In this document: positions 39,413 to 53,978 of the stretch, piece after piece
Numbering within the stretch: position 1 is the stretch's first letter
How the letters are laid out: every line of letters begins with the position of its first letter
NCBI RefSeq assembly: GCF_009914755.1
Contig: NC_060934.1
Strand: one strand, 5' to 3'
Length of the DNA: 64,000 nucleotides
From: the human T2T-CHM13v2.0 reference genome, Homo sapiens
Program-made: the position numbers and the translations under genes
The notes under the pieces: generated by a model
What the model was told of the DNA's origin: nothing
Database searches by the model: none
What the model saw: only the letters and a program-made list of their open reading frames with translations

Positions 39413-39805
39413 CAGTATTTTAAATATACGGACTTGTATCATGAGGTTTCCATTCACAGGTGGTTACTTAGCCTATTCATGGTCTGTTGAGTTTTATACT
39501 TCAGTGAAACTTGGTAAGTTATTGATGCTTCTGAATAAAGAATGTCCTGATAAATATATTTTCAAATTAGTTGAAAATTATATATATATACAAAACCTGT
39601 CTTTTTTCAGCTTATGTTAGAGGAGATATTCCCTGAGAGACCTGTTTTGTCTCTTGATAATGGGTATGGCAGCCTCTATCAATGTAGAATAGATGTTGCA
39701 GGATATGTACCTCTCTGATTTTTAATGTATTTGTTGTACAAATAACAATGTAATAGAAAAACAGCAGAAAGAGTAGAAAGTAGTTCACAATTTTATCACA
39801 TTCAC

Positions 39806-40372
<567 letters not shown>

Positions 40373-41085
40373 CATATTCACATTTAAAAAAATTATATTC
40401 CCTTCCAGCTATTATCTAGTTATATATATTTATATATATATCATTTATATGTAGGTGTTTTTTATATATTATGGTGTGAATGTAATTTTTCAGGGTTTTT
40501 TTTCCTACTTAGATAACACATCTAGATTTTCAAACTAAATCTGTCATATGAATAACTTCTTGTGATTATTTTTCTACTTTGCCCTAAAAATACAGTACAA
40601 GAGGAGGATAACATGTTAATTGAGGGCTCTGGTTAATTGAAGTTTTTACTATAATTACCCATTATAAAAATGAAGGGTTTGGTCAGAGAAAAATAGTCAT
40701 AGTCTTGGGCATATTTAATTATTACCTTGGCTTGTAAATCACCCTGTGGTAAAAAATTGCTATTTTAGAAAGATGCTCATTTCAAAATTCCCTTTCATAA
40801 AGCAACAAAGGCGATTATCTTCAGTTCTCACTTGAGAGTCAATATAGTAGAAAAGTTCGCATGTGCCTTTTCTTCATTGATTAGTATTTTCATTCAGGGA
40901 ATAAAAACCAAACTGATAAAATTTGTGACAGCACTGGCTTCTCTTAACATCAGGCCCCTTTTTCCCCCCCACATAGGCAGAAAATACAGACTGGTTATTT
41001 CTTTTCAAACTCAAGGTTGATACATACACATATCCAAGTTGCAATCTTGGCCAAACTGGGATTTTGATAAAAACAGTCTTGTTTG

Positions 41086-41104
41086 TGGCCACTAGAGGGA
41101 GTAA
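41086..41104 (+). promoter_or_regulatory. candidate CTCF site
   Basis: TGGCCACTAGAGGGAGTAA closely matches the CTCF core consensus. Confidence 0.65.
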
Positions 41105-43419
41105 TAGATCTAACAATCCAATGTTTCCATTCCTTGCACTGAACTTCCCTATTTAGTCTGTAGGCACCATGTTTGTTGTGAAATACCCAGAACTTGAAAG
41201 AGAAGGCATTTCCTTTGTTGTTTATTCTCCTCAGTAGATCGTTCTCGACTTTGTTTCCTTAGCAGGTCTCATTACAGATATCACCCACAGTGGAGAACAC
41301 ATAGAAAGTTGTGGTGTGCTCTCAGAGGCTGTGATAGGATATGACACCTCAGAGTTTTCATACCTGTGAGTGACAAGACAATGCCTTCTTCAATAATTGA
41401 CTTTTTTTTTTCTTTTTTACTAAGGAGCTAACCGATAATATTTTTTGTTGATGCCTTCTGTGTACCAAACGTTAGGCTAAATGCTTTTCATATATGACTT
41501 CATTTGGCCTTCCCAGTATCCCAACAAAGTAGATGATATTATTCCCATTTTGTAGATAATGAAACTAAGGCTTGTAGAAGATGAAAAGTAGGTGGTAGGA
41601 TTCCACCCATAGAGATTCAGACTTCTATAATTACTCATGCCATCTGTGTGCCAGACCCTGTGTGGCTGCAGTACATTTCCATGGTTTTTAGGAAGAGGCA
41701 GTTATCTTAGTTTGGACTGTAAGTCAAGCCACGGTGAACTTGTATTTTGATATAAGTAGATTTGGGATCAAACATTGACTTTTGATTTGGAAGACTTTTT
41801 TCCCTAACAAATCACCTCAAGAATGAAGAAATTGGTGGATACCTGAGAAGCAGGAATGACCTGTGGTGATAGCAACCTTTAGGATAAAGAACCAGCTCCT
41901 AAATCTTACACCATGACACCTGGAAGACAAGTTATCATACTTTTGCTTAAGATGCAGCAGAGACTTGAGAAGAAGCCCTTTTTCTTTTTCTTTTCTTCTT
42001 GATTTCCATTATTGGAAACAGAAGAAACATTCTAAGGAAAATGTTTTTAAAACCAGAAAAGGTAGCTTAATCTAGTTACAGAAGTCATTTTAAAGATCAG
42101 AAATACACTGTATCTACAATTTTATTTAAATGAGTGTAATTGAAGATGGTCTGTCTTGGAGAAAAACAATGTAGAAGCCTTTTGGGGAAACTTGATAGAA
42201 AAAAACCCTGAATTTGCATACTCTTACTTTCAAAGGGGTTTCATTTCTAAGAGCTGACCATTAGGGGGCAATAGTGGATCTAAATTTAGTTTTAGTTCAT
42301 TGAGGGAACTCCTTCGAAGTATTTTTGGGCTTGATTTAGAACTCTATTTTGATTATGCATTGCTAGGTGCAGTCTAAGGTTGAGGAAAGTTTATAGATAC
42401 CAGATTATTTTATTTGTTCCTTATAGCCTGGTTATCTTGTTCTGACTTTGTAAGAATTATCCTTCTGAGAGCTGGTGCTTACCTAATGTCATACACTTCA
42501 TGGGGGCGCTAAGCCCGGATTCAAGAAAAGGTCTTCAAGTCTTCATTTCATGCTTGTCATACCACAGTTTTCCTTGGAAACCCATCAGGGCATAACCTAC
42601 GAATGGATAAAATAGATAATAGATACATTTTCTAAAGTTTACTGCAAATTGTGATGTTTAGAACTTTATTACGGGAACAGTTTAGAGAAACACATTGCAA
42701 GACCAAGCCTAATTATTATTTATCCATAGTTGTTTCCTAAAGTTTCAAGTTTTTAGATGCTCCATGAGTCTTTACAGTATTGTCTCAAGTTGCTGATTTC
42801 TTTACTGTTGGAACCTCTAATATTTTAAATGCCATTTACACTTCAAGTGACAAACGGGCACATTTTGATATTCTGTACCAAAAAAAAAAAAAAAAAAAGC
42901 TTTTTTTATCTAGCAGAAAAATAGATGGATATATATCCAGTCCACAATTCCTTTTTATTTAACAAAAAGTTTAGTATGAAAATATACATGATCCAATTTT
43001 TACGTCATAGTAAAATAGGCCCTTCGGGGAGAGGTCATGGATTTCTCTGCAAAACAGCCTTGATTTATACTCATCCCAAGGCTTCTAACATGATACAATT
43101 TCCTCATATCACCATGAGGAATATCATTCTGTTACCCACTAGTTGCAATCTCCACACATCCATCAATCAAAAGATTCATAAAGGGATCAAATCCCTGCAA
43201 TATTCCTTAGACATGTCTGTCACCAGTTAAATCCAGCAATAATTCTTGTCTATTCATTTTTCCAACTCAGGAAAGAGATCCTTGCTCATGGTGTTGACTC
43301 CATGGACTCAGAGCTGCCATGACACAATTTTCACCCTCCTTCACGCTCCCGAAGTAGGCCTGGCCCACAATTATTTTTAAGGCCTATATAATTTCTGGTT
43401 GGGTAAGTCTTTATACTGA

Positions 43420-43770
<351 letters not shown>

Positions 43771-44297
43771 TAGATTTTATTTTTACACAAACGGTTTTGT
43801 CATTCTCCAGAGTCGGTCCTGACCTTGCTTCTGATGGTAAGAAAACCTCTCCAGTGCTATATGACTGCTGTCACGAGGCAAAATACTCGTTCCTTGCTGA
43901 ACAACATGCTTTAATAGCATTGGTTTTATTCATCTAATTTGAACGTGTATTGAAGAATATTAGATTTCTAAGAAACTCTAGGATTTTTTAAAAAGTGTTT
44001 ATGAAATGGCAGAATCAATATGTAGTACAAACTTGCAGCACCAGATGAAAGGACTTATAGGCAAGATTTTCCTCATTGTCTATATTAGACTCGCACTCAA
44101 AAAGCTGGTAAATATGTCAGCCCTATAGAAAGACCATTGCAGAGTGTTAATTGGACTTCTTAGACCAAACAGTGTCCCTTCAGATTGATATTTAGACTTG
44201 AAATTTTTGAGAAAAACTTGGATTTCCCAAAGCAATATAACATATCCTAGCAGATAGGGATGGAAATTAGGAAGTAGTACAGTTATAAAATGCAGGC

Positions 44298-44595
44298 TTT
44301 ATTATTATTTTTTTCTTTGAGACAGTCTCACTCTGTCGCGCCCAGGCTGGAGTGCAGTGGCATGATCTCGGCTCACTGCAACCTCCGCTTCCCAGGTTCA
44401 AGCAATTCTCCCGCCTGTCTCCCAAGTAGCTGGGATTACAGTTGCCCACCACCACGCCCAGTTAATTTTTTGTATTTTTAGTAGAGACAAGTTTTCACCG
44501 TATTGGCCAGGCTGGTCTGGAACTCCTGGCAGTTGATCCACCTGCTTTGGCCTCCCAAAGTGCTGGAATTACAGGCATGAGCCACTGCACCCAGC
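44298..44595 (-). mobile_element. AluS
   Basis: TSD AAAATGCAGGC. Confidence 0.9.
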
Positions 44596-44622
44596 AAAAT
44601 GCAGGCCTTAAGAGGCAGACTC

Positions 44623-44934
<312 letters not shown>

Positions 44935-47900
44935 TTATCTTTTCTGGGTTTATAAAACAAATATAGTGACAGTCCCCAGCCTGGACCTGGAGCTACAGTT
45001 CTGCTAGACTCTTCTCAATGGTTTTCTGGCTGTGTTCTGTCCTTCCTTGAAGACCATTTTCTTTCATAGACAGTCAAGATCTAAACTAATTGTTTTTTTT
45101 TTTTTTTCCAAAAGCAATAGCTTCTGAAGATTTTCACTAAGCAGGAGCTAGGGAGGAAGTAGTTGTTGCGTGCTATAACTCACCCCTTTCCTGTTGAGTA
45201 ATGCTGTAGAGGTTGGATTCAGTGGCAACTGGCTTGCTAGACTTTGACTTCAGAGTAGATGAGCTCCTAGTTTTATGAGAGAACATGTAGATACAGCCAG
45301 CTTGTTGGCATGCACAGGCAGTCTCTTCCAAAGGTGTTTGCTGGACTAAGGAGTTAAAGTTCAACATTTCTTCCTACCTGATTTCTGTTTTGGAAATGTT
45401 GGCTTCAATTGTTTCAACTGAAATAAAGGTCATTTGAGGCTATTAGGATAACCAAGACTGTATCCCAAATATTATCTACTGGTCCACATCGCGGGGAGGG
45501 GTAAGACTCACTGCACCCGGATGTTTGGGTATCTTAAGCCTTTTAAATTATTTAATTTAAAATATCCTGTGTGGTAATTGAGATGTTTTGTTTTTAAATT
45601 ATTTTTAAAATAGTGTTTTACTTTAGAACATATTTTCAAAATATGAAATTTTTTGATATGTAGGTATGGTCGTGTGTCTCCATTTTGACCTTTAAGTTAA
45701 TATTGAGCAAGGGTATATGCACATGTACTTGCCAAAGCCAAGCTGAGCATGGGTCAATTAACTGCAGAGGAACAGGGCAGGCTGGGTGGGGCAAGCTCAG
45801 GAATTCTACCCACTCACTGAGCAAAGTCAGGCACTGGGGGAACAGCTTGAGCTGGAGAGCTAGTAGGAAGCCCAGCCCAGCCAGTGAAACATGGAGCCTC
45901 GAGAACATAGCCATCGGCCAAAAGCGTAGTCTGGTAAATGGTCTGCATCAGGGAAGTGGGAGTCCCAGTCAGGATTCTGGAGTAAGAAAGCAGGATGGCA
46001 GAAGCCCAGTAGCATGTGTAGGAGTGCCAGCCACAGGCTTAGCTCTAAGAGCAGCGCTTCCTCTACTTCCTGTGGGGTAATGGCAAGATCATGGCAGGAC
46101 CTCAGGCTTAAGGGGCCTGGGTATAGTTAGCAGTTCCTCAAGACAGGAACTCGGATAGAAGGAAAATGACAGATGGGAATCCTGTTATCAGAACTGAGGT
46201 ACACAATACTGCTCAGAATTCCAGAAGCCAGGCAGTGCTCAGAGCCAAGACAAGGTCAGGACTGGCCTGGGGACAGGCTTGGCTTGGTGCCCAGTGAGTC
46301 CCAGAGCCAGGAGCTAGAGCTACCTCAGTTCCGCTGGCCTCATTAGGACTAGTCCTGGACACCACAGCCAGGTAAGTCGGTCAAGTGGCCCTAGTCGTTG
46401 TGGGAGAGGCACACTGCAGAGACAGGGAAGGGCCCTGACATGGCTTTCACAATGGAAGCAACCCTGTGTGATAACAAGACAGCCACGTAAGAGTGGCTGC
46501 AGGAATGAGTTAATATTTCACACCAGAACCTACCTGAGGACTAGCAAAGATGAATAAGCAAAGGCCAAGTGCTACTGAAACACTCGCTGTGAAGATGGCC
46601 CCATGTTTCCTGTGAACTAATTTTCCAATCGGGAGGCAGTTTCACTATAGAAAAATTTAGCTCCAGTGATGTCTCTGCCCTTCCCCGCCCCCAACCCCGC
46701 CACCCTCTTACCAGGAGTCACTATAAGATGCACCTCAAGAACACTAATTGAATAGAAGAGAATCGAAGACAGTGGTCTGTGTTTCCTCCTCCTATAAAAA
46801 ATGAGGCTATGATTTTATGCTGGCAAAACACCTTCGATTCCACATGGCGTCCTCCATAACCCTCTGGTTGTGGCAATAGCCGTTTGCCACTGAGTCAGAG
46901 GCCTCTCTGATTTGTCTTGCCACATCCACCCAAATAATGACCTCTCAGTTCACTCCTCCAACCTGCTTCCGGAGAGAATGGCTTCCTTAGGACCGTACCT
47001 GTAGCAGCTCCAATCTGTCATCATCTGGGGGACTCAGGAGCCAGCTGCATGAGTCATCCAGTCCTCTACTCCCACAGTTGTCCATAGAACACCTAGCCCT
47101 GCCACCTGGCAAGCCAGCCTTCTTTCCCACCCCATCTTCCCCAACCTGGGTACCCAGCAGAAGACATATACCCTCCCAGTGACCGCCTTAGCTCTCCAAG
47201 CACCCTTCTCCACCTGGGCACACTGATAGAGGATGTTTCCTTTCATCAAAATGACTTCTTCCTTTACCAAACTCCAGTAGCACTTCAGGATCATACTTAG
47301 CCTGTCTTGTAAGCATTATTGATTATGCATCTGTCTCCCCTACAAGATCATAAGCTCTGGGAAAGCAGGGACTGTATATACCTTGTTCATCCTTTTGTCC
47401 TTCACCATGCATGGCCAAAAATAGATTCTTCCTTTCTGTTGCTCACAAGGGACAACACTGTTCATGTTGGTGACATGTTAATAACATGTACATAGCAGAA
47501 AGATGTTCTCATATATCTTAAATAGTGAAAGTCAGGAAGTGGCTTAGGGTGAAAATCCTCCTTGGAGCCATTAGTCTGATCTATAAAGCTAATAATAATA
47601 ATAGCTACAGTTTATCAAGTGCCTACCATGTAGGCTTTGTACTACATGTTTTAATTACATTATCTCATTTAATCCTCAATCATGCACTATATGGTTATCC
47701 ACCAAAGGGGGAAACAGGTTTAGAGAGAGGCTAAGGAATTTTTCTCATTTCACCACTTAGTAAGTGGATTCAGACTCTTAAGTCTGTTTCTAACTGTTAT
47801 GCCAGGTTATTCACTGAGTGCAGCCTTCTTGCCAGCTGGTAGGAAAATCAGGTATTAGAGCTTGCAGCAACATCACAGAAGCCTTCCCCAACTTGTCTCT

Positions 47901-49649
47901 CTCATGGCTAAAGTGGCTTCTAGGTGAGAAAGAGTTCGCATCCCCACTGGCATTTGCTAATCTAGGGTGCAGAGGGCCTTCCAGAGCACCACAGTGTCAC
48001 TTCAGTTAGGTAGCCAAGGATAACTTTGGGAATGTGAAAAGGATAAAAGACTGGGTGCTGGTCTTAGCAAACCCTACTACAAGCATGCTGATAAAATGAA
48101 TAGTGATAGCACACTTTCACTATTCTGATCAGCAGTGTGGTTTTCTAATTCATGTATTGTCCATTGGGTCTTCACTAATTGTTTATTTTACTGAGGGCTG
48201 CTGCCATCGATAGAGGTTGTTGGCACATTTTAACCCTGAGTAAAATGTAATAGCTAGAATTTACTGAGCACCAGGTACTTTAAGTTGATGCATTAATTTA
48301 ATACAACAAACCTCTGAGGTAGATTGTTATCATCTCCATTTTACAGAGAAGAAAACTAAAGCTTAGAGAAGTTGCCCAAGATCACACTGTTAGTGTCAAA
48401 GCTGGGGTTCAAACCTAAGCAATCAAACTTGAGAGTTTATACTTCCACTTCCCTGATTCCCAAAAATACTTGCCATCTTATTCATCATCTTAGTTTACTG
48501 TGGATCTCTGGGGACAGCTGGCGTCAGTTAAATAAAACATTACATTATACTGGGCTTGTGTTTTCTTTCCCACTCAATTTGATGATAGAATAGCTATGAC
48601 ACATGATATGCTGCATGTTATCTCATTAAGCAATTACACCAATAATACCCTGAAATTTCCACATTTGAAATTGTTGTAGCACTTTTTTTCTTTGTCCAAT
48701 AGTAAGGCATTATTGCTCTAGAGTCATAGAGACCTGAGTTTGATTCCTACCTCTTCACTTTTCTATTAAATGGGTATAATAATTATGCTAAACTCTTAGG
48801 GTTGTAATAAGAATTAAGCAAGATTATAATATACAAAAAAAACTTAGCACGGACTCTAGTATCAGGAAGCCCTCAACTGATGTTGGTATTGTTTGTATTA
48901 TCACTTTTCTCTATCTCGATCTGCTAGAAGAGAATGCATATTAGGAGACAGATTAAACAATGGCTGGCTTATCTCTCACAGTTACCCACTTGAAATTTGT
49001 CATTCCTATTCTTTACGGAATTCTTTGCTGAATTGTGACCAGTTTTCTACTCTTTGAAAAAGGACAGAAGATGAGTAATGGACAGATAAGTTATGTAATT
49101 TACTCTTTTCCAGTAAGAAACCCCATTGTTGGGAAGTATGATTTGTGCCTTGAGAAGGTGATGGATTAAAAGATGATGATGACTCCCCCCAGACAAAGAT
49201 GGTCTAGAGCAGCAGCTTCAAGATCAATGGGAATACCTAGACTGCAAGCAGCTTCCTGGAGAATTCTAGAGGAATATGACAGACAAGTCACTGTGGTTCT
49301 AAGATGTGTTCAGTGGAAGCAGCCGCCTTTCAGGCTGTTGTTGAAAGGAATTTTTTAGCTCTCTTTGCCCCTTGAAAGCTGAGGAGGCACAGGGGGCTGG
49401 TCATCTGCAGGCTGTGTGGCCCTGGCTATTTCATCTTGGAAATCTAGGAAAGCCTGTGTGAACAAGCTTAATGCTTCACAATTTCGGTTTTCTTGGTGTC
49501 TTGCAGATACCAAGTTTTCTATCTTGGGGATGCTCTGGTAACAGAGGTTAGACCAAGCTGTTCTCAGCAATCTGGAGCAGACACAGAAAAGGCAGGTTCA
49601 TGTTGGTCCTGTGCTGGCAGAACATTAAGAAAAATAACTGTGCTTCTTA

Positions 49650-50081
<432 letters not shown>

Positions 50082-50265
50082 TTACTTTGAAAATTAAACG
50101 CAGTACACATTCATATTTATAAGGGGAAGACAGCATGGATTTAACTCGAACAGCATGGATTTAACAGTGATTTCCTGGAGGAATTACAAGTGCCTTTTAT
50201 TGTCTTAACTCTTATATGTGTGTGTATATGTATATATTAACTCATGTATGTATATGAGTGTGTGA

Positions 50266-50268
<3 letters not shown>

Positions 50269-50302
<34 letters not shown>
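50269..50302. repeat. (TA)n microsatellite after a TG/TA-rich tract
   Basis: pure TA run. Confidence 0.93.
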
Positions 50303-50307
<5 letters not shown>

Positions 50308-50590
50308 TTAAGAGACAGGAACTCCCTGTCACCCAGGCTAGGGTGCAGTGGCACAATCATAGCTCACTGCAGCTTCGAACTCCTGGGCTCAAGCAGTCCT
50401 CCCACCTCAGCCTCCTGAGTAGCTAGGACTACAGACAAATGCCACCTTGCCCGGCTAATTTTTTAGTGTTTTTGGTAGAGACAGGATCTGGCTATGTTTC
50501 CCAGGCTTGTCTCAAACTCCTTGCCTCAAGTGATCCTCCTGCCTCAGCCTCACAAAGTGCTGGGATTATAGGCATGAGCCACAACACCAA
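50303..50590 (-). mobile_element. AluJ
   Basis: J diagnostics. Confidence 0.85.
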
Positions 50591-50824
50591 CTTTTTTATA
50601 TATCTCAGTGTTGAACAATGAAACAGTAGAAACTCAGAAAATCAAAAATTGTGATAATTAGGGGAAGATATTACTTGGAGTCATGTCAATATGGAGTAAT
50701 AAAAAGCTCGCAGTGCAGAACAATGCCTATGGTATGCTGCCATTAGTATAATGAAGGGGAAAACAATTTATATGACTTGCTTGTATGTGTATAAAATATC
50801 CCTGGAAGTCTAAGCCAGAAATCA

Positions 50825-51287
<463 letters not shown>

Positions 51288-51757
51288 TTAATATATTTTT
51301 TCTATTTTTATGATGCCAGGAGTTCCTGAAAACTGTCAGAAGGTGCACGGTTATACGTGAACTGTGCACTACTGTATTTACCATTTCAAACACGCAGAGT
51401 CTGATCTACAGTAGGTGGAGTGTCTGCTCGGCACCACCCACCAGACGGTGTGATGCTGCGTACCTAAAGGTCCACATGTCAAATGCACATCCTCATTCAG
51501 AGTCACCACCACCGCCACAAAAAGTTTTAATGTGACCCATCAAGTTTCCATTTTTGCCCTGGCTTGCAAGGAGCCTAGAGCTATGTTTTGTCTTTAGCCA
51601 GGTTTTCTAATACAGCCAGGCTCCTCCCTATACCTACCACATTTATTATTTCTCTGTCTTCTTTTAAATCCTGTTCTAATAGCTTTTCATTTAGTTAGAG
51701 CTATGACTTTACCTATATGCAGTTTCAAAACCGTTTTGGAAGGCAACAGGATACATG

Positions 51758-52222
51758 CTAGTTATCTATTGCTATGTAACAAATCAAAACGTAGAAATTT
51801 AAAATAACAATACACATTTAATATATCTCACAGTCTTGGGGGGTCAGAAATTCAGGAACATTCTGGCTTGGAGTCTTTCAAGAGGTTGCAGTTGAGACAT
51901 CAGCCAGAGCCACAGCCATTTGCAAGCTTGACTGGGGCTGGAGGGTCTTCTTCCCGGATGGTTGGCAAGTTGGTGCCAGCTGTTGGCGGGACCTTAGATG
52001 CTCCCCGTATGGGCCTCTCTGCAGGCAGCTTGAGTGCCCTCGTGACAGGCAGCCCCTGCGGCAGACAATCCAAGGGAGAACAAAGCAGAAACCACAGTGA
52101 CACACACTTGCACTTCAGCCACATTCTAATCATTAGAAGCGAGTCACTAAGTTCAGCCAAATCGAAGGGGAGGGACACTAGTTTCCACCTTTTGAAGAAA
52201 AGAGTGTCAAAAAATCGGTGAA
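51758..52222 (-). mobile_element. MLT1-type solo LTR
   Basis: tagttatctattgctatgtaacaaat...gggtcagaaattcagg...ttttaaaaccacca. Confidence 0.65.
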
Positions 52223-52378
52223 CATGTTTTAAAACCACCATGGGTTATAATAATCAATTATTCAATATCAGATTAGTCAAGTGGGAAAATGATGGAAAGG
52301 TGCTTTCAGAAGGAGGGAACAATGACTGAGTACCTTGTGTGTCCTAGGCTCTGTACTTCACATACATTATTGTGTTTA

Positions 52379-52672
52379 ATTTTTTTTTTTTTTGACAGGG
52401 TCTCACTCTGTCCTCCAGGCTGGAGTGCAGCAGTGCAATCTCGACTCACTGCAACTTCTGCCTCCTGGGTTCAAGCAATTCTCATGTCTCAGCCTCCTGA
52501 GTAACTGGGACTACAGGCATGTGCCACCACTCCCGGCTGATTTTTGTATTTTTAGTAGAGTCAGGGTTTCACCATGTTGGCCAGGCTGGTCTCGAACTCC
52601 TGACCTCAAGTGATCTACCCACCTTGGCTTCCCACAGTGCTGGAATTAAACGGTGAGCCACCATGCCTGGCC
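52379..52672 (-). mobile_element. AluS inserted in a MIR
   Basis: TSD tg(t/g)gtttaattt; MIR core at 52700-52810. Confidence 0.88.
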
Positions 52673-53852
52673 TGGGTTTAATTTCATGAAAACTTTTTCT
52701 CAGTTTTACAGATGAGGAAAGTGAGACTAAGTGGAGATACGGCTTGTCCGAGGTCACATCACTAGTGTCAGAGTATGTCAGGTACATAGCCTGAAGCCAC
52801 AGCTGTGCCATCACCTACCTCAGTGGAAAATGGAAAGCATTCCCAAGTATGTGCTACCTTGACTTATCTAAGCCATGTCCATTTTGCCACCAGGGAGAAT
52901 TGTGATCAATACCCCCAGCTGAGTGAATTCTAAAAGAGCTGTTTAATTTGCCTCTAAATGCTCTGGATCTTAACTCCCCTTCAAAGCACCTCTCCTGCTT
53001 TCTGCCATTGCCAGTATTTGCCCAGCCCAGGCAGCGCCATGCCTGTCCTCACCCCTGACTTTGAGAGTCAGCCCACTCCTCTTCCCACTACAGCTGGCTG
53101 CGGTCTGGAGGCCAGTGGGGTCAATGAAGCAGGGTGGCACGGAGTGCAGGGGTGAGAGGGCAAAGCCCTCTGTCTAAAGGGGACTGAGCCAAGCCCAGCA
53201 GGGCGGAGATAGGATGGCCCATCTCTGCCAGTTCCATGCTGGACTGCAGAGGCCTGATAAGGCCAGGGAACCACCCACCCAACTATGTCTCCTCTTCCAA
53301 ATAGAGGAGACTCCCCACACTGCTCTCCCCGCCATCGGTGGCTACATGGATGCTTTCCTCCAAGGGTGGCTGGCTGCCTTTCTCCACTGGGAGATGGAAC
53401 GTGATCCGGGGCATGACCAGCTCTTTGGGGTGACAGGTCAAGTGGCTGAGGTCTGTGCTGGGAGTTCCCGCCTCTCCTACTCCCCTCCCTTCTCAGCATC
53501 GGCCAGTCCTGTCCTTCCAAAAAACAAACTTTCTGTTGGATTCTCTACTCAACACTGTCCCTTCTCCTGGGAGCTCATACCTGGAGAACTGCCGGAATTC
53601 TGCTCCACTGGTAGTCTCATCTCCTAAGGCACATTTTCTTGGCAGAAACCGTTCCTTGGGTTGGAAGTTTGAGGAGCCAGTGTTACTGTTGGAACCAGAG
53701 CTGGAGTAAGAAGCAGGTCAACAGCTGTTAGCCAGCGCTCCAGACTGTAAGGGACTTAAAATCCATTCTGATAAAGGTGGAAGGGATGAAAAACATCAGC
53801 TTCCTGGAATTCCTCGTAGGAACTCTACTGTCTGTGGTTGAAAGAATACTAT

Positions 53853-53978
53853 AGCTGGGCGCAGTGGCTCATGCCTATTATTCCAGCACTTTGGAAGGCC
53901 AAAGGGGGTGGATCACTTGAGGCCAGGACTTCCACCAGCCTGCTCAACATAGCGAGACCTCGTCTCTATTAAAAAAAT
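53853..53978 (+). mobile_element. FLAM
   Basis: left monomer. Confidence 0.8.

Larger units (their letters stand above)
37482..39430 (+). other. ADD3: ADD3 3'UTR (AT-rich, free of recognisable repeats)
   Basis: continuous with the last exon; ends just after AATAAA 39407-39412; the end position is inferred. Confidence 0.85.
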
